In this document: positions 18,990-28,404 of the stretch, one piece after another | How positions within the stretch are numbered: position 1 is the stretch's first letter | Layout: each line of letters opens with the position of its first letter | Assembly (NCBI GenBank): GCA_964583105.1 | Contig: CAZOUV010000001.1 | Span: 65,617-129,616 of the forward strand | DNA length: 64,000 nt | Direction: 5' to 3' | From: an uncultured Gammaproteobacteria bacterium | GTDB taxonomy: Bacteria; Patescibacteriota; Microgenomatia; UBA8517 | The notes under the pieces: generated by a model | Databases searched by the model: none | What the model was told of the DNA's origin: nothing | What the model saw: only the letters and a program-made list of their open reading frames with translations | Translations under genes and position numbers: made by a program

Positions 18990-20188
18990 AAAAACTATTA
19001 ATGTTGGCAATAGTATTAAGACTTCTTGTTTCCGCATTTTTATTTCACCCCGATATTAAAACTTACAATTTTCAAGCTTCCTTTTTGAGAAAGGGAGTTG
19101 TCAATATTTATTCCTATCTTATAGAAAATAAGAAAACATTACCCCTTAAGGATGAGTTTGTTTACTTTCCTCTTACCTATTTTATTCTTGGAGGCTATCA
19201 GGCAGTTACCTCCGGAATTTTGGGAAGCGGGTTTGATTCATGGCTTGCGGATGCAGGAGCCAATTCGGTAGTTGCCAACCCCAGTGTCTTTAAATATTTG
19301 GTAGTACTTAAATTTCCCTATTTGATACTGGATATTGGCATAGCCTTTCTTCTTTTAAACTATTTTAAGGACAAGAAAAAAGGGGAAAAAGCTTTCTATC
19401 TTTGGCTTTTTAATCCTTTTACAATTTTAATTATTTATGCCTTTTCCAATATAGATATATTTTCCGTTCTTTTAACTTTGGTTGCTTTTTTGTTTATTAA
19501 AAAAGAAAAACTTATTAAGGCGTCGGTCTTTTTGGGAATTGCATCATGTTTTAAACTTTATCCTTTGCTTTTTATACCATTTTTGTTTTTAAAGGGGAAA
19601 GATTTGAATGAAAAAATATTAGTGAGTTTGATACCCGTTCTTATTCTTCTTGCGGTTGTTTTACCTTTTTGGTCTCCCGCATTTGTTCAATCGGCACTTA
19701 TCTCGGGGCTTACAACAAGAATATTTAATCCCGGATTTGCGATAGGTTTTAACGAATCGATAATTGTAGGCTTTTTTATTTTATCGGCTTTGTTTTTTTA
19801 CGGCTGGCTGTCGGATAAAAAAATTAACCTGTTTAACTACTGGGTAGTTTTTTTGATTCTTATTTTTTCTTTCTCTCACTTTCATATAGCATGGCTTCTT
19901 TGGATAGCTCCCTTTATGGTAATTTTAGTAATTAAAAAACCATATTTATCTTTACCCATTCTTATTTTATCGGCCGTAGCAGTTGTTATTCCCATGTTTT
20001 ATCAGGACAGATCGATGACAATTTCATTGTTTAGAATTTATACAACATGGTACGATCTTCTTCCTACTCCTTTTGTTGTACTGCAAAAGATTTATGACCC
20101 CTATAATTTTATGAGTGTCCTACATTCTGCAATGGCGGGGGGACTGCTAATCATCGGATATAAGATTTTACATGAAGATAAAATATAA
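18986..20188 (+). CDS. Polytopic membrane protein, GT87/DUF2029-like, tandem copy 2
   Basis: 'FHPDIKTYNF...YFPLTYFILGG', 'LKFPYLILDIGIAFLLLNYF...LFNPFTIL'. Confidence 0.4.
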   Translation: MKKLLMLAIVLRLLVSAFLFHPDIKTYNFQASFLRKGVVNIYSYLIENKKTLPLKDEFVYFPLTYFILGGYQAVTSGILGSGFDSWLADAGANSVVANPSVFKYLVVLKFPYLILDIGIAFLLLNYFKDKKKGEKAFYLWLFNPFTILIIYAFSNIDIFSVLLTLVAFLFIKKEKLIKASVFLGIASCFKLYPLLFIPFLFLKGKDLNEKILVSLIPVLILLAVVLPFWSPAFVQSALISGLTTRIFNPGFAIGFNESIIVGFFILSALFFYGWLSDKKINLFNYWVVFLILIFSFSHFHIAWLLWIAPFMVILVIKKPYLSLPILILSAVAVVIPMFYQDRSMTISLFRIYTTWYDLLPTPFVVLQKIYDPYNFMSVLHSAMAGGLLIIGYKILHEDKI

Positions 20189-21719
20189 GCGATTTCTTCC
20201 ATTTATTATCCCTTTCCTTTTAATCTTTATTTTATTCAAAACGGGCAGTTTGAGAAATTTAAGCTACCACCTTATTCCGGAAAGTTATGTAATTTTAGAT
20301 GAAAGGGCAAATGTTTGGGCGGGATTGGGAATTCGTCAGAGCGGTATTCCCGCTGCATGGTCTATTTTAAAAGCCTACAGTAATGTAATAAATGGAGGTA
20401 CCGACAAATTTAACTTAACTGCGGATGATAAAAGTCCGTCTTTTCTGAATTTTAGAAATTTTCCGAAGCCTGTTCGGGGAGTTGTGGATATTGAATATAG
20501 GGTTGGTACAATACTGCAAACGCCATTGATGCAGCCATGGTTGGATCATCCACCGCTTGGTGTTTTGATCTTATCTTCTGCGGTTTCCTCACAGGTAGAT
20601 AAGTTTACGGACCTGATACCGGAAGAATTCCGAAGAACCAGTTTGTATTTGGCAGTAATTACGGGTTTTTTAATATATTTATTAGGTTGGCAGGTTTTTA
20701 AAAACCCCTTAATAGCTTTGATAGCTGTCACAATTTACGGAACAGGGTCAGCCTTTCTACTCTTGAGCCGCTACGCTTTATTGGAAAATGCTTTGAATCC
20801 GTTCATATTGCTTTGTCTGAATTTATTGGTTTTTGCCAATTATCTTTGGCTAAAGAAAAAACATTCTAAACATGTCAAAACATTAATCATTATTTCCGGA
20901 ATATTTACGGGAATGTCTGCCCTGATTAAATTATCGGGTTGGACAATGCTTCCGATCGGAATTGCTCTGCTTTATTTTTGGAAAATGGGCAAAAAAAATA
21001 TTCTTTTGTTTTCAATTCCGGCACTGTTGATTGGTTTATTGTATGCGGTTTGGGGGCTATATCTCGGTCCTGAAATATTTTTAAATATTTTTAAATACCA
21101 GGCAATAGAAAGAAGCTTTATTGGATCAATTAATTTTTTGGTTACCCTTGGACATATTGGTATAAAAAATTTTCCTTTGGATGGTTGGTGGACGGGAGGT
21201 TTTATAGCTTTGCTTCTTTTACCGAGAAAGAAAGAGTTTTTACCAGTGTTTGTCGGAGCTGTCGGATTTCTTTTATCAGCTTTATTTTTGGGCGGAGCCA
21301 ATTATCCTTGGTATTTTATCCCGATGATTCCTTTTTTGGTGCTTGCAGCAGCGTACTTAATTTGGCAAGTTGCGACAGAATTATCTTTCAAAAAAATATT
21401 AGTATTTTTTCTTTTGTTTTTTTCAACCAGCATGTATTGGGGTTATGGTGTTTATGAGGCAGCCCGGGAAGTTACTAATTATCAGCAGCCTTTTATGATT
21501 TACAGATTGTCTCTCGTGTTTTTTTTGGTTGCTGCTTTGATTCGAAAATATGTTCCTCGTTTCCAAAATAAGAAATTTAAAATAGTTTGGTTTTTGGCGG
21601 TTATGTCATTTTGTCTTTTAATGTTTTATTTAAATGTTAGAGGTTTTCGTTTTATTTTGACCAATTGGGGCAAGCTGCCGTCAATTTATACGCCGGGTAC
21701 TTTTACGGCAATACCGTAA
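20172..21719 (+). CDS. PMT/ArnT-like GT-C membrane glycosyltransferase (divergent)
   Basis: 'ILDERANVW' DE motif and downstream 'QPWLDHPPLGVL' resembling the PMT 'HPPL' motif; ~12 TM. Confidence 0.45.
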   Translation: MKIKYKRFLPFIIPFLLIFILFKTGSLRNLSYHLIPESYVILDERANVWAGLGIRQSGIPAAWSILKAYSNVINGGTDKFNLTADDKSPSFLNFRNFPKPVRGVVDIEYRVGTILQTPLMQPWLDHPPLGVLILSSAVSSQVDKFTDLIPEEFRRTSLYLAVITGFLIYLLGWQVFKNPLIALIAVTIYGTGSAFLLLSRYALLENALNPFILLCLNLLVFANYLWLKKKHSKHVKTLIIISGIFTGMSALIKLSGWTMLPIGIALLYFWKMGKKNILLFSIPALLIGLLYAVWGLYLGPEIFLNIFKYQAIERSFIGSINFLVTLGHIGIKNFPLDGWWTGGFIALLLLPRKKEFLPVFVGAVGFLLSALFLGGANYPWYFIPMIPFLVLAAAYLIWQVATELSFKKILVFFLLFFSTSMYWGYGVYEAAREVTNYQQPFMIYRLSLVFFLVAALIRKYVPRFQNKKFKIVWFLAVMSFCLLMFYLNVRGFRFILTNWGKLPSIYTPGTFTAIP

Positions 21720-21769
21720 ATATTAAATGCTTTAACATGATAGACAATGAGTGTTAGAATAATTGCTAT

Positions 21770-22369
21770 ATGAGAAAAATGATTTGGTTTACAACAGCTT
21801 CGGTTTTGTTTGTAATTTTTATTTTCCCTGCAATTATGGCTTTGACTATTAAGATGATTCCCGCGAAAGATCAACCTGGCTACGGTCCCAAAAGAATTTC
21901 TGTTTACGGAATAAAGGAACTTAGTCAGAAGTTTGTATCCTTAGAAAAAAATCTTACTGCAATAGGAACAACCGTTAAAAATCCAAACTTAAAAAATAAA
22001 AAAGAGGTGATCCTTGATTTGTATGATGTCAGCGGAAACTTGGTTAGAACCTCTATTCTAAACGGTTTCAATATAGGTGACGGAGATTTTGTTAAATTTG
22101 TTTTCGATGTCATACCCGATTCCGTGAACAAGGAATACAGACTCAGATTATCTTCTCCGACAGCAGGTGCCGACGAGATAGTAGAAGTTTTTTTAATGGA
22201 TAATCCAACGCCGGAAATTATTGAATATACTTTTGCTGAAGAAACATATCAGGGTGGAATTCCTTTGGTTACTTTTCATAAACCGGAAAATAAATGGGAA
22301 GTAATAAGAAGAATATATTCTAGTTGGCTTTCCAGACTTCTATTTCCCCGTTCTCAAAAAACAAAGTAA
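21770..22369 (+). CDS. Membrane-anchored hypothetical protein (N-terminal TM, extracytoplasmic beta-rich domain)
   Basis: ATG start; one N-terminal TM helix; no recognisable motif; its 3' end overlaps the convergent gene by ~50 nt. Confidence 0.4.
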   Translation: MRKMIWFTTASVLFVIFIFPAIMALTIKMIPAKDQPGYGPKRISVYGIKELSQKFVSLEKNLTAIGTTVKNPNLKNKKEVILDLYDVSGNLVRTSILNGFNIGDGDFVKFVFDVIPDSVNKEYRLRLSSPTAGADEIVEVFLMDNPTPEIIEYTFAEETYQGGIPLVTFHKPENKWEVIRRIYSSWLSRLLFPRSQKTK

Positions 22370-24152
22370 GACCAATAGTTTCGGGATTAACTTTCGGTCG
22401 TAGTATTTTTGGAAAATAGAGAATTTTCGAACGGGATTGCAGGAGAGTATCTTTTACATATTCTGGATCCGTACTTTCGAAAATAACTTTTTTAACTTCT
22501 TCCCTGGGTCTCCAGTTATAGTTCATAATATCTGCTTGTTCATAATCGTCAAAATATGTTCTTCTGGCGGATATGGCGGAGACATATGACGTATCAAACC
22601 AGTCCCAGATGTTGGGAGTTGCCCCTTCAAGATAAAGATATTGATTGTATGGTGGTGTAATAATTGTGGTTTCAACGGAAGTATTGGTTTTAATAAACTG
22701 CAGGGCTTCTATTTCGGATGATGATATTTTGGCAAAAGCAGGTCTTGAATAAAATTCAAGTAAAAGACCTATTTGCGTTGGGATCATTAAAATAATAATT
22801 ACAGGTATTAGGAATTTTACCTTAGCAGTAATTTTAGCTGTTGTAATTCCCGCTAAGATTCCGAAAAGAAGAACAAAATACTGCAGAAATTGACTGGAAT
22901 TTGAGGCAACTCCTTTTTGTAAAAACAAAAGAGGAAGAGTAAGTGAAATGACAATTATAGATTTAAAAATGATATGGGATTTTAGAAAATCCCAAAGCCC
23001 TATAAATCTCATACCTAAATTACCGAAGAAGAATATTAAAAAACCTATTCCTTCTAGCCAGATAACACGTTTCCAGTTATGTTCATAAATATATGTTTGA
23101 CGCCTTAATTCCCAATCAAGAAGGTTAAGTCGTGAGGGTTCAACAATCATGGTGCGTATATACCACCATGGTTGAAAGATTAAAAACGAAGCCGAACCTG
23201 AAGTGTTGGGTAAATAGATAATTGCTGCCAACATTCCGCTTGTTAGGGCCAGTAAAAGCAATTGAAATCTTTTTTCTTTAATAACCTGCCATACTCCGGC
23301 AATTCCCAAACCCGCAAAAACCACAACGGCGGCATAGACCTTAAAAGAAACAAGGCTTCCTGTTAGTATCGTGCAGATTAGAAAAAGAATTCTTTTTTGC
23401 AATTTAGCCTTTTGCTCTACCAGTAAAATTACAAAATAAATTATTGCTAGAACCAAAAAGTCGGAGATAATTTGAGGCGGGTTACCGCTTGCACTTTGGG
23501 GTTGGGTCGCCCAGAAAATACTTTCTCCTCCGATTGTTTTATTTTTAATATAGGTAACAATAAATCCGAAACTTCCCGCAAAATAAGTAAAAATCGTTGC
23601 CCAAAGGGAAGCGGAAAAATTTTTAGTAAGTTTTTTTGTGAGAAAAAATACTGAAGCTCCCAAGAAAAGGGAATAGAAAAAAGGAAAAATTCTAAAATAT
23701 AAATCAAAGTTTGAAATAGGCAGATATTTACTTACCATGGCGGGTAAAATGTCCGAGAAGAAATGATAATTAACCAGTTTTTCTCCCGCGAAGATCGGAT
23801 TTTCAAAAGGCCAGCCTTTTTTAATTTCTTCCATTAAGGCGATGTGCCAGGTTCCGTCATGACCGTGAGCACTCCAGAAAAGAATATCTCCGTTTTTAAA
23901 TATTCCGCTTGGGGAAATAACGGCAAGTTGACCCGCAATTCCCAGAGTAAATACTATTAAAACCAAAATTGTTTGAAGATTAAGTTTTATTTTTATTTGC
24001 CTGACAGTTTTAATCAGGGGTTTAATTGTTAACAACACTAAAATAATAAAAATTGGAATAATTAAGAAGGGAAGATTAAGAACTATCAAAAGATAGGAAA
24101 GAAGGGTTAAGGTTGTGAAAGCGGCAATTAACCCCATCAGTATTCTTTCCAT
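22320..24152 (-). CDS. Large polytopic membrane protein, 'GHDG-WHIAL' family (paralog of 3263-4978)
   Basis: Minus-strand ORF; TTG at 24156-24158, first ATG at 24150-24152; shared motifs with 3263-4978 (see above). Confidence 0.5.
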   Translation of the reverse strand: MERILMGLIAAFTTLTLLSYLLIVLNLPFLIIPIFIILVLLTIKPLIKTVRQIKIKLNLQTILVLIVFTLGIAGQLAVISPSGIFKNGDILFWSAHGHDGTWHIALMEEIKKGWPFENPIFAGEKLVNYHFFSDILPAMVSKYLPISNFDLYFRIFPFFYSLFLGASVFFLTKKLTKNFSASLWATIFTYFAGSFGFIVTYIKNKTIGGESIFWATQPQSASGNPPQIISDFLVLAIIYFVILLVEQKAKLQKRILFLICTILTGSLVSFKVYAAVVVFAGLGIAGVWQVIKEKRFQLLLLALTSGMLAAIIYLPNTSGSASFLIFQPWWYIRTMIVEPSRLNLLDWELRRQTYIYEHNWKRVIWLEGIGFLIFFFGNLGMRFIGLWDFLKSHIIFKSIIVISLTLPLLFLQKGVASNSSQFLQYFVLLFGILAGITTAKITAKVKFLIPVIIILMIPTQIGLLLEFYSRPAFAKISSSEIEALQFIKTNTSVETTIITPPYNQYLYLEGATPNIWDWFDTSYVSAISARRTYFDDYEQADIMNYNWRPREEVKKVIFESTDPEYVKDTLLQSRSKILYFPKILRPKVNPETIGLTLFFENGEIEVWKAN

Positions 24153-24176
24153 ACTCAAAGTATATATAATAATAGT
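24153..24176. promoter_or_regulatory. Divergent promoter region (TATATAAT) between 22320(-) and 24177(+)
   Basis: 24-nt AT-only gap 'actcaaagtatatataataatagt' between divergently oriented starts. Confidence 0.25.
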
Positions 24177-25793
24177 ATGACAAGGAAATATATCCTGATT
24201 CTTCTCGGGATTCTGCTTCTGGGATTTGTCCTTCGTGCCTATAAAGTTGCCCAGCTGCCCCTTTACGGGGATGAACTAACCATGGTTTATGATTCCTACT
24301 CCATTTTCAAAACAGGGAAAGATCAAACGGGAGATTTCCTTCCCCTTACTTTCAAAATGGGTGCGGGAAGGCCAGCAGGTTACGTTTATTTTTCCATTCC
24401 TTTTGTAGCAACTTTTGGTCCGGGTGCTTGGGGAGTAAGAGGATTATCGATTCTTTCAAGTCTGGGAATAATTTGGCTGATGTTTCTTCTTGGAAAAAAG
24501 CTTTTCAATGAAAAAATTGGCTTAATTGCATCTTTTCTGGTTGCGGTTTCTCCGTGGGATTTATCTTTAGCCAGAGGAGGGTTTGAGTCACATTTTGCAC
24601 TATTTTTGGCAATATCGGGATTATACCTACTTCTTAAAATAAAAGAATCCGGATGGAATTTTATTTTTGCCGTAATTCTTTGGGGAATAACCGTGAATAC
24701 CTATCCGACATATAAATTAATTCTTCCGATATTACTACCGGTAGTTATCTGGTACTTGGGGGGAGTTAAAAACATTCTGCCTAAAAATAAAAAACTTCTA
24801 CTCTTAGGAAGTATCTTCACGGTTGCAATTATCGGAGTAACTTTAAGTCAGACATTTACGGCAGGATCCGAAAACAGATTCTTAAATATTAATTTGTTTT
24901 CAAGCAGTAAAGGAACTGTTGAGCAGGATATCAACTTCAACCGTTCGGTCGATTCGGGTAGCAGTTTAACAAAAGAGATTTTTTACAACAAACCTCTTTC
25001 CTACCTTAAGCTTCTGGGGTCAAGCTATTTAAGCCATTTCTCGCTTGAGTATTTAATTGTGACTGGTGATAAAAACCCGAGACACAATATGACATCCTCG
25101 GGACTTATTTATGTTATTGAAATAATCACGGTTCTTTTAGGTTTCGGTTACTTTTATAATCTGAAGGAAAAGAGGAAGGATTTTATTTTAATTTTATTCT
25201 GGCTTTTGATTGCCCCTATCGGAGCAATTTTTATGCTTGATAATCATGGCTTAAGAACAAACTTCATGCTACCTCCATTAATTATTTTTTCTTCTATGGG
25301 AATATATCGTCTGATTAAAACCAGAAAACCAATTCTACTTATGGGAGTAATTCTCGTTTGGATGATTCAATTTGTGATAATTTTAGAGAGATTGTATTTT
25401 CTTTCTCCCAACAGGTTTGCCAGATTTTGGTCGAATATGGCAAAAACGGTAGCGACACAAAGCTTTAAAGAAAAAGACAACTATGATTTCGTTATTGTTT
25501 CTTCAAAAATTGACAATGTAGAATATGCCTACCAGGCTTATAACAGAATCGATCCGAATATTGTAATTAAGGAAAACAATCAGAAAACAACACTTAATAA
25601 TTATGACTTTAAAAAGTATGACAATGTTTATCTGGGTTCCGTTCCGGAAGGAAACCTTCTTTCGTTTTTGAATTCGTTGGAAGGAAGGGTAAAATATTAT
25701 GGAACGAGTGAAGATTCAAAAGTTTTGAGCGGGTATTTCGGATATTCTGATCTCGACGGAGTTTTTTCGGTGATATCTTATGAAAAAAGGTAA
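24177..25793 (+). CDS. PMT/ArnT-like GT-C glycosyltransferase (GT39/GT83-like), first of five tandem paralogs
   Basis: 'LPLYGDELTMVYDSYSIFKTGKDQTGDFLPL' DE motif in loop 1, 'SPWDLSLARGGFES', ~11 TM + C-terminal soluble domain. Confidence 0.65.
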   Translation: MTRKYILILLGILLLGFVLRAYKVAQLPLYGDELTMVYDSYSIFKTGKDQTGDFLPLTFKMGAGRPAGYVYFSIPFVATFGPGAWGVRGLSILSSLGIIWLMFLLGKKLFNEKIGLIASFLVAVSPWDLSLARGGFESHFALFLAISGLYLLLKIKESGWNFIFAVILWGITVNTYPTYKLILPILLPVVIWYLGGVKNILPKNKKLLLLGSIFTVAIIGVTLSQTFTAGSENRFLNINLFSSSKGTVEQDINFNRSVDSGSSLTKEIFYNKPLSYLKLLGSSYLSHFSLEYLIVTGDKNPRHNMTSSGLIYVIEIITVLLGFGYFYNLKEKRKDFILILFWLLIAPIGAIFMLDNHGLRTNFMLPPLIIFSSMGIYRLIKTRKPILLMGVILVWMIQFVIILERLYFLSPNRFARFWSNMAKTVATQSFKEKDNYDFVIVSSKIDNVEYAYQAYNRIDPNIVIKENNQKTTLNNYDFKKYDNVYLGSVPEGNLLSFLNSLEGRVKYYGTSEDSKVLSGYFGYSDLDGVFSVISYEKR

Positions 25794-26517
25794 AGTAGTT
25801 GTGGTAATGCCAGCATATAATGCCGCAAGAACGGTTAAGGATACGTATAAAGAAATTGATCCAAAGTATCGTAAACACATTATTCTGGTCGATGATCAAA
25901 GCAAGGATAATACCGTAGAAGTTGCCAAAAAATTAGGAATCGCTGTTTTTGCACACCCCAACAATTTGGGTTACGGAGGAAATCAAAAAACATGTTACTG
26001 GGAAGCTTTAAAACTGGATCCCGATGTTGTTGTTATGCTCCATCCGGATTATCAGTACGATGCGACAATGATGCCGTATCTTGTTCAGCCCATCTTGGAT
26101 GGAAAGTTTGATTTTATGTTCGGAAGCAGAATTGCAACAAAAAAGGGTGCTTTGGATGGGGGAATGCCCAAGCATAAGTACATAGTAAACAGGATTATCT
26201 GTTTTGTTCAAAATATTTTACTGGGTGTTAATTTTACGGAACATTTTTCGGGCTATCGTGCGTTTTCCAAAAAACTTCTTAAAACAATTCCTTTTCAAAG
26301 ATTTTCCAACGATTTTGGTTTTGATCAGGAAATGACCATTTCTGCTATAAGCCATAAAATGAGGATAGGTGAGGTACCAATTCCTACCCGTTATCACGAA
26401 AAACAATCCTCAATAAAATTCCTTAAAGGCTCGAAGTTTTTACTGGATGGTTTTTATACGATTTTCAAGTACCATCTTCACAGATTGGGGATTTTTAAAG
26501 ACAGAAGGTTTGCATGA
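25780..26517 (+). CDS. GT2, DPM1-like polyprenol-phosphate glycosyltransferase (soluble catalytic subunit)
   Basis: 'VVVMPAYNAARTV...ILVDDQSKDNT', 'HPDYQYD', 245 aa with no TM segment: dolichol/polyprenol-phosphate mannose synthase-like GT2. Confidence 0.6.
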   Translation: MKKGKVVVVMPAYNAARTVKDTYKEIDPKYRKHIILVDDQSKDNTVEVAKKLGIAVFAHPNNLGYGGNQKTCYWEALKLDPDVVVMLHPDYQYDATMMPYLVQPILDGKFDFMFGSRIATKKGALDGGMPKHKYIVNRIICFVQNILLGVNFTEHFSGYRAFSKKLLKTIPFQRFSNDFGFDQEMTISAISHKMRIGEVPIPTRYHEKQSSIKFLKGSKFLLDGFYTIFKYHLHRLGIFKDRRFA

Positions 26518-26822
26518 GAAAGTATATCTTATTGGTTTATTTTGTTCTTACCCTTTTTTTGCTGCTAAATATTTTAAATCCTAGAAAATATATTCTTTCG
26601 GGACTTGAAGCAGATAGAAATTTTACCAGACAGGAGTATTTGGGAGATGATTTGGGAAAAATATATAAAAACAGATTTGGGGTAGTCTTTTTTAATAAGG
26701 TTTACCCCGGGTTTATAAAGCTGGAATCAAATTTCTTCTCCGATTTGGGTAACATGTTTGTCTTTGTGCCTCTTTTCGGAATTTTATTATATGCAGGGTT
26801 AAAGAAGTTTAATGAGAAATAA
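26514..26822 (+). CDS. Small two-TM membrane protein (possible membrane anchor/partner for the adjacent DPM1-like GT2)
   Basis: 102 aa, hydrophobic helices at both termini; ATGA-coupled between a GT2 and a PMT-like gene. Confidence 0.35.
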   Translation: MRKYILLVYFVLTLFLLLNILNPRKYILSGLEADRNFTRQEYLGDDLGKIYKNRFGVVFFNKVYPGFIKLESNFFSDLGNMFVFVPLFGILLYAGLKKFNEK

Positions 26823-28404
26823 GTATTTTATATTATCTTTGATTGTGGTTTTGGCATTTGTCTTGAGATTTTATAAACTAGGAGAAGTTCCTTTGGGTTT
26901 TCATCAAGATGAAGTTTCTCAAGCCTACAATTCTTTTTCGGTTTTAAATACAGGGAGAGACCGTTATGGAGAATTATTGCCGATTTTATTTCGCTCTTTC
27001 GGTTCATATCAACCTCCCGTTTATACATACCTAACCCCTATTCCGATTTTTCTTTTTGGAAATACAATATTTGCTGCTAGGTTTACATCTGCCATATTTG
27101 GAGTTTTTATAGTTGCTGTTACTTATTTAATCGTTCTGACTTTGGTAAGGCATAAATATCAGCATAATTTGGCACTTTTATCGGCATTTACTATTGCAAT
27201 TTCACCTTGGTCCATACATTTCAGCAGAAGAGTAGTTGAAGGAAATTTGGGTCTTTTCTTTTTTCTTCTTTCCTTCTATTTATTTTTTCTGTCCTTTAAG
27301 AAAATTAAGTATTTTTTACCCGCGTGTCTTGTTTTAGGAATTTCAACCCACGCCTATTATTCGGAAAGGCTGATAAGTGTAATATTTCTTCCTGTTTTTC
27401 TTCTGTTTTTTAAATCATATTTTTTGAAATATAAAAAGATTGTGGTTGGCGGACTTATTGTTTTTTGTCTGGTTCTAATACCTCATTTAATAACCGTTGT
27501 GTCAGGAGCATTTTTTTCAAGATTTAATCAGGTGGGTTCATCCGGAAGCAGTTTTTTCTTGATTGAATTTATTAAACATTTTATAAGCTATTTTTCGCCC
27601 AAATATCTTTTTAGTGATGCGGGTAGCGGCTTGGCTCGCGTATCACCGAATCTGGGAGTCTTTTACGATTGGTTTTTCTTTCCTTTTTTAATCGGACTTT
27701 ATTATTTGGGCAAAATAATCGATGTTAAATATCTCAAGTTTCTGGGAATATTTACACTGATATCTCTCATACCGGTATCTTTGACGGGAGATGTATTTTA
27801 CCCTCTCAGGGCACTTGAATTTTTTTGGCTTCTTTCTTTTGTTATTTCGATTGGAATATTCAGAGCGGGAGAAATAATAAAACACAAAATAATTAAAAAA
27901 CTGATATTTTGTACTTTAATTGTGTATTCGCTGGGGAGTTTTTACGTTTCATATTTTGTTTTGTTTCAGCATGAAACTACAGAAAATGCCGGAAATACAT
28001 ATGTCAAGCTGTCTCAGGAATTAGAAAATTACAATGAATATAAAATTGTTTTGGATTCTACAAGAGATACCGCAGCGGGATTAAGAATGGCCTATTTTAG
28101 GAAATACGACCCCTTAAAACTTCAAGCATCCCTTAAAAATCAGCTTACGACGCCTTATTACAGCAGCAAGGTTGATCTTCAGGAACTTTATGTAGTTGAT
28201 AATATAGAGGCAAGATCTATTGATTGGAGAAAGGACAGGTGCAGTCCAAAGACAATTTTGGTCGGAGACAGTTTGGCGTTTTCGGATGAACAAATTAAGG
28301 AACACAATCTTAAAAAAGCTTTTGAAATAAAAGGTGTAAATAAAAATGTTGTACTTTACGGATACGAGACGAATCCCGATAAAAAGTGCATAATTAGTTT
28401 ATGA
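26812..28404 (+). CDS. PMT/ArnT-like GT-C glycosyltransferase, tandem paralog 2
   Basis: 'FHQDEVSQAYNSFSVLNTGRDRYGELLPILFRSFG...QPPVYTYL'. Confidence 0.65.
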   Translation: MRNKYFILSLIVVLAFVLRFYKLGEVPLGFHQDEVSQAYNSFSVLNTGRDRYGELLPILFRSFGSYQPPVYTYLTPIPIFLFGNTIFAARFTSAIFGVFIVAVTYLIVLTLVRHKYQHNLALLSAFTIAISPWSIHFSRRVVEGNLGLFFFLLSFYLFFLSFKKIKYFLPACLVLGISTHAYYSERLISVIFLPVFLLFFKSYFLKYKKIVVGGLIVFCLVLIPHLITVVSGAFFSRFNQVGSSGSSFFLIEFIKHFISYFSPKYLFSDAGSGLARVSPNLGVFYDWFFFPFLIGLYYLGKIIDVKYLKFLGIFTLISLIPVSLTGDVFYPLRALEFFWLLSFVISIGIFRAGEIIKHKIIKKLIFCTLIVYSLGSFYVSYFVLFQHETTENAGNTYVKLSQELENYNEYKIVLDSTRDTAAGLRMAYFRKYDPLKLQASLKNQLTTPYYSSKVDLQELYVVDNIEARSIDWRKDRCSPKTILVGDSLAFSDEQIKEHNLKKAFEIKGVNKNVVLYGYETNPDKKCIISL

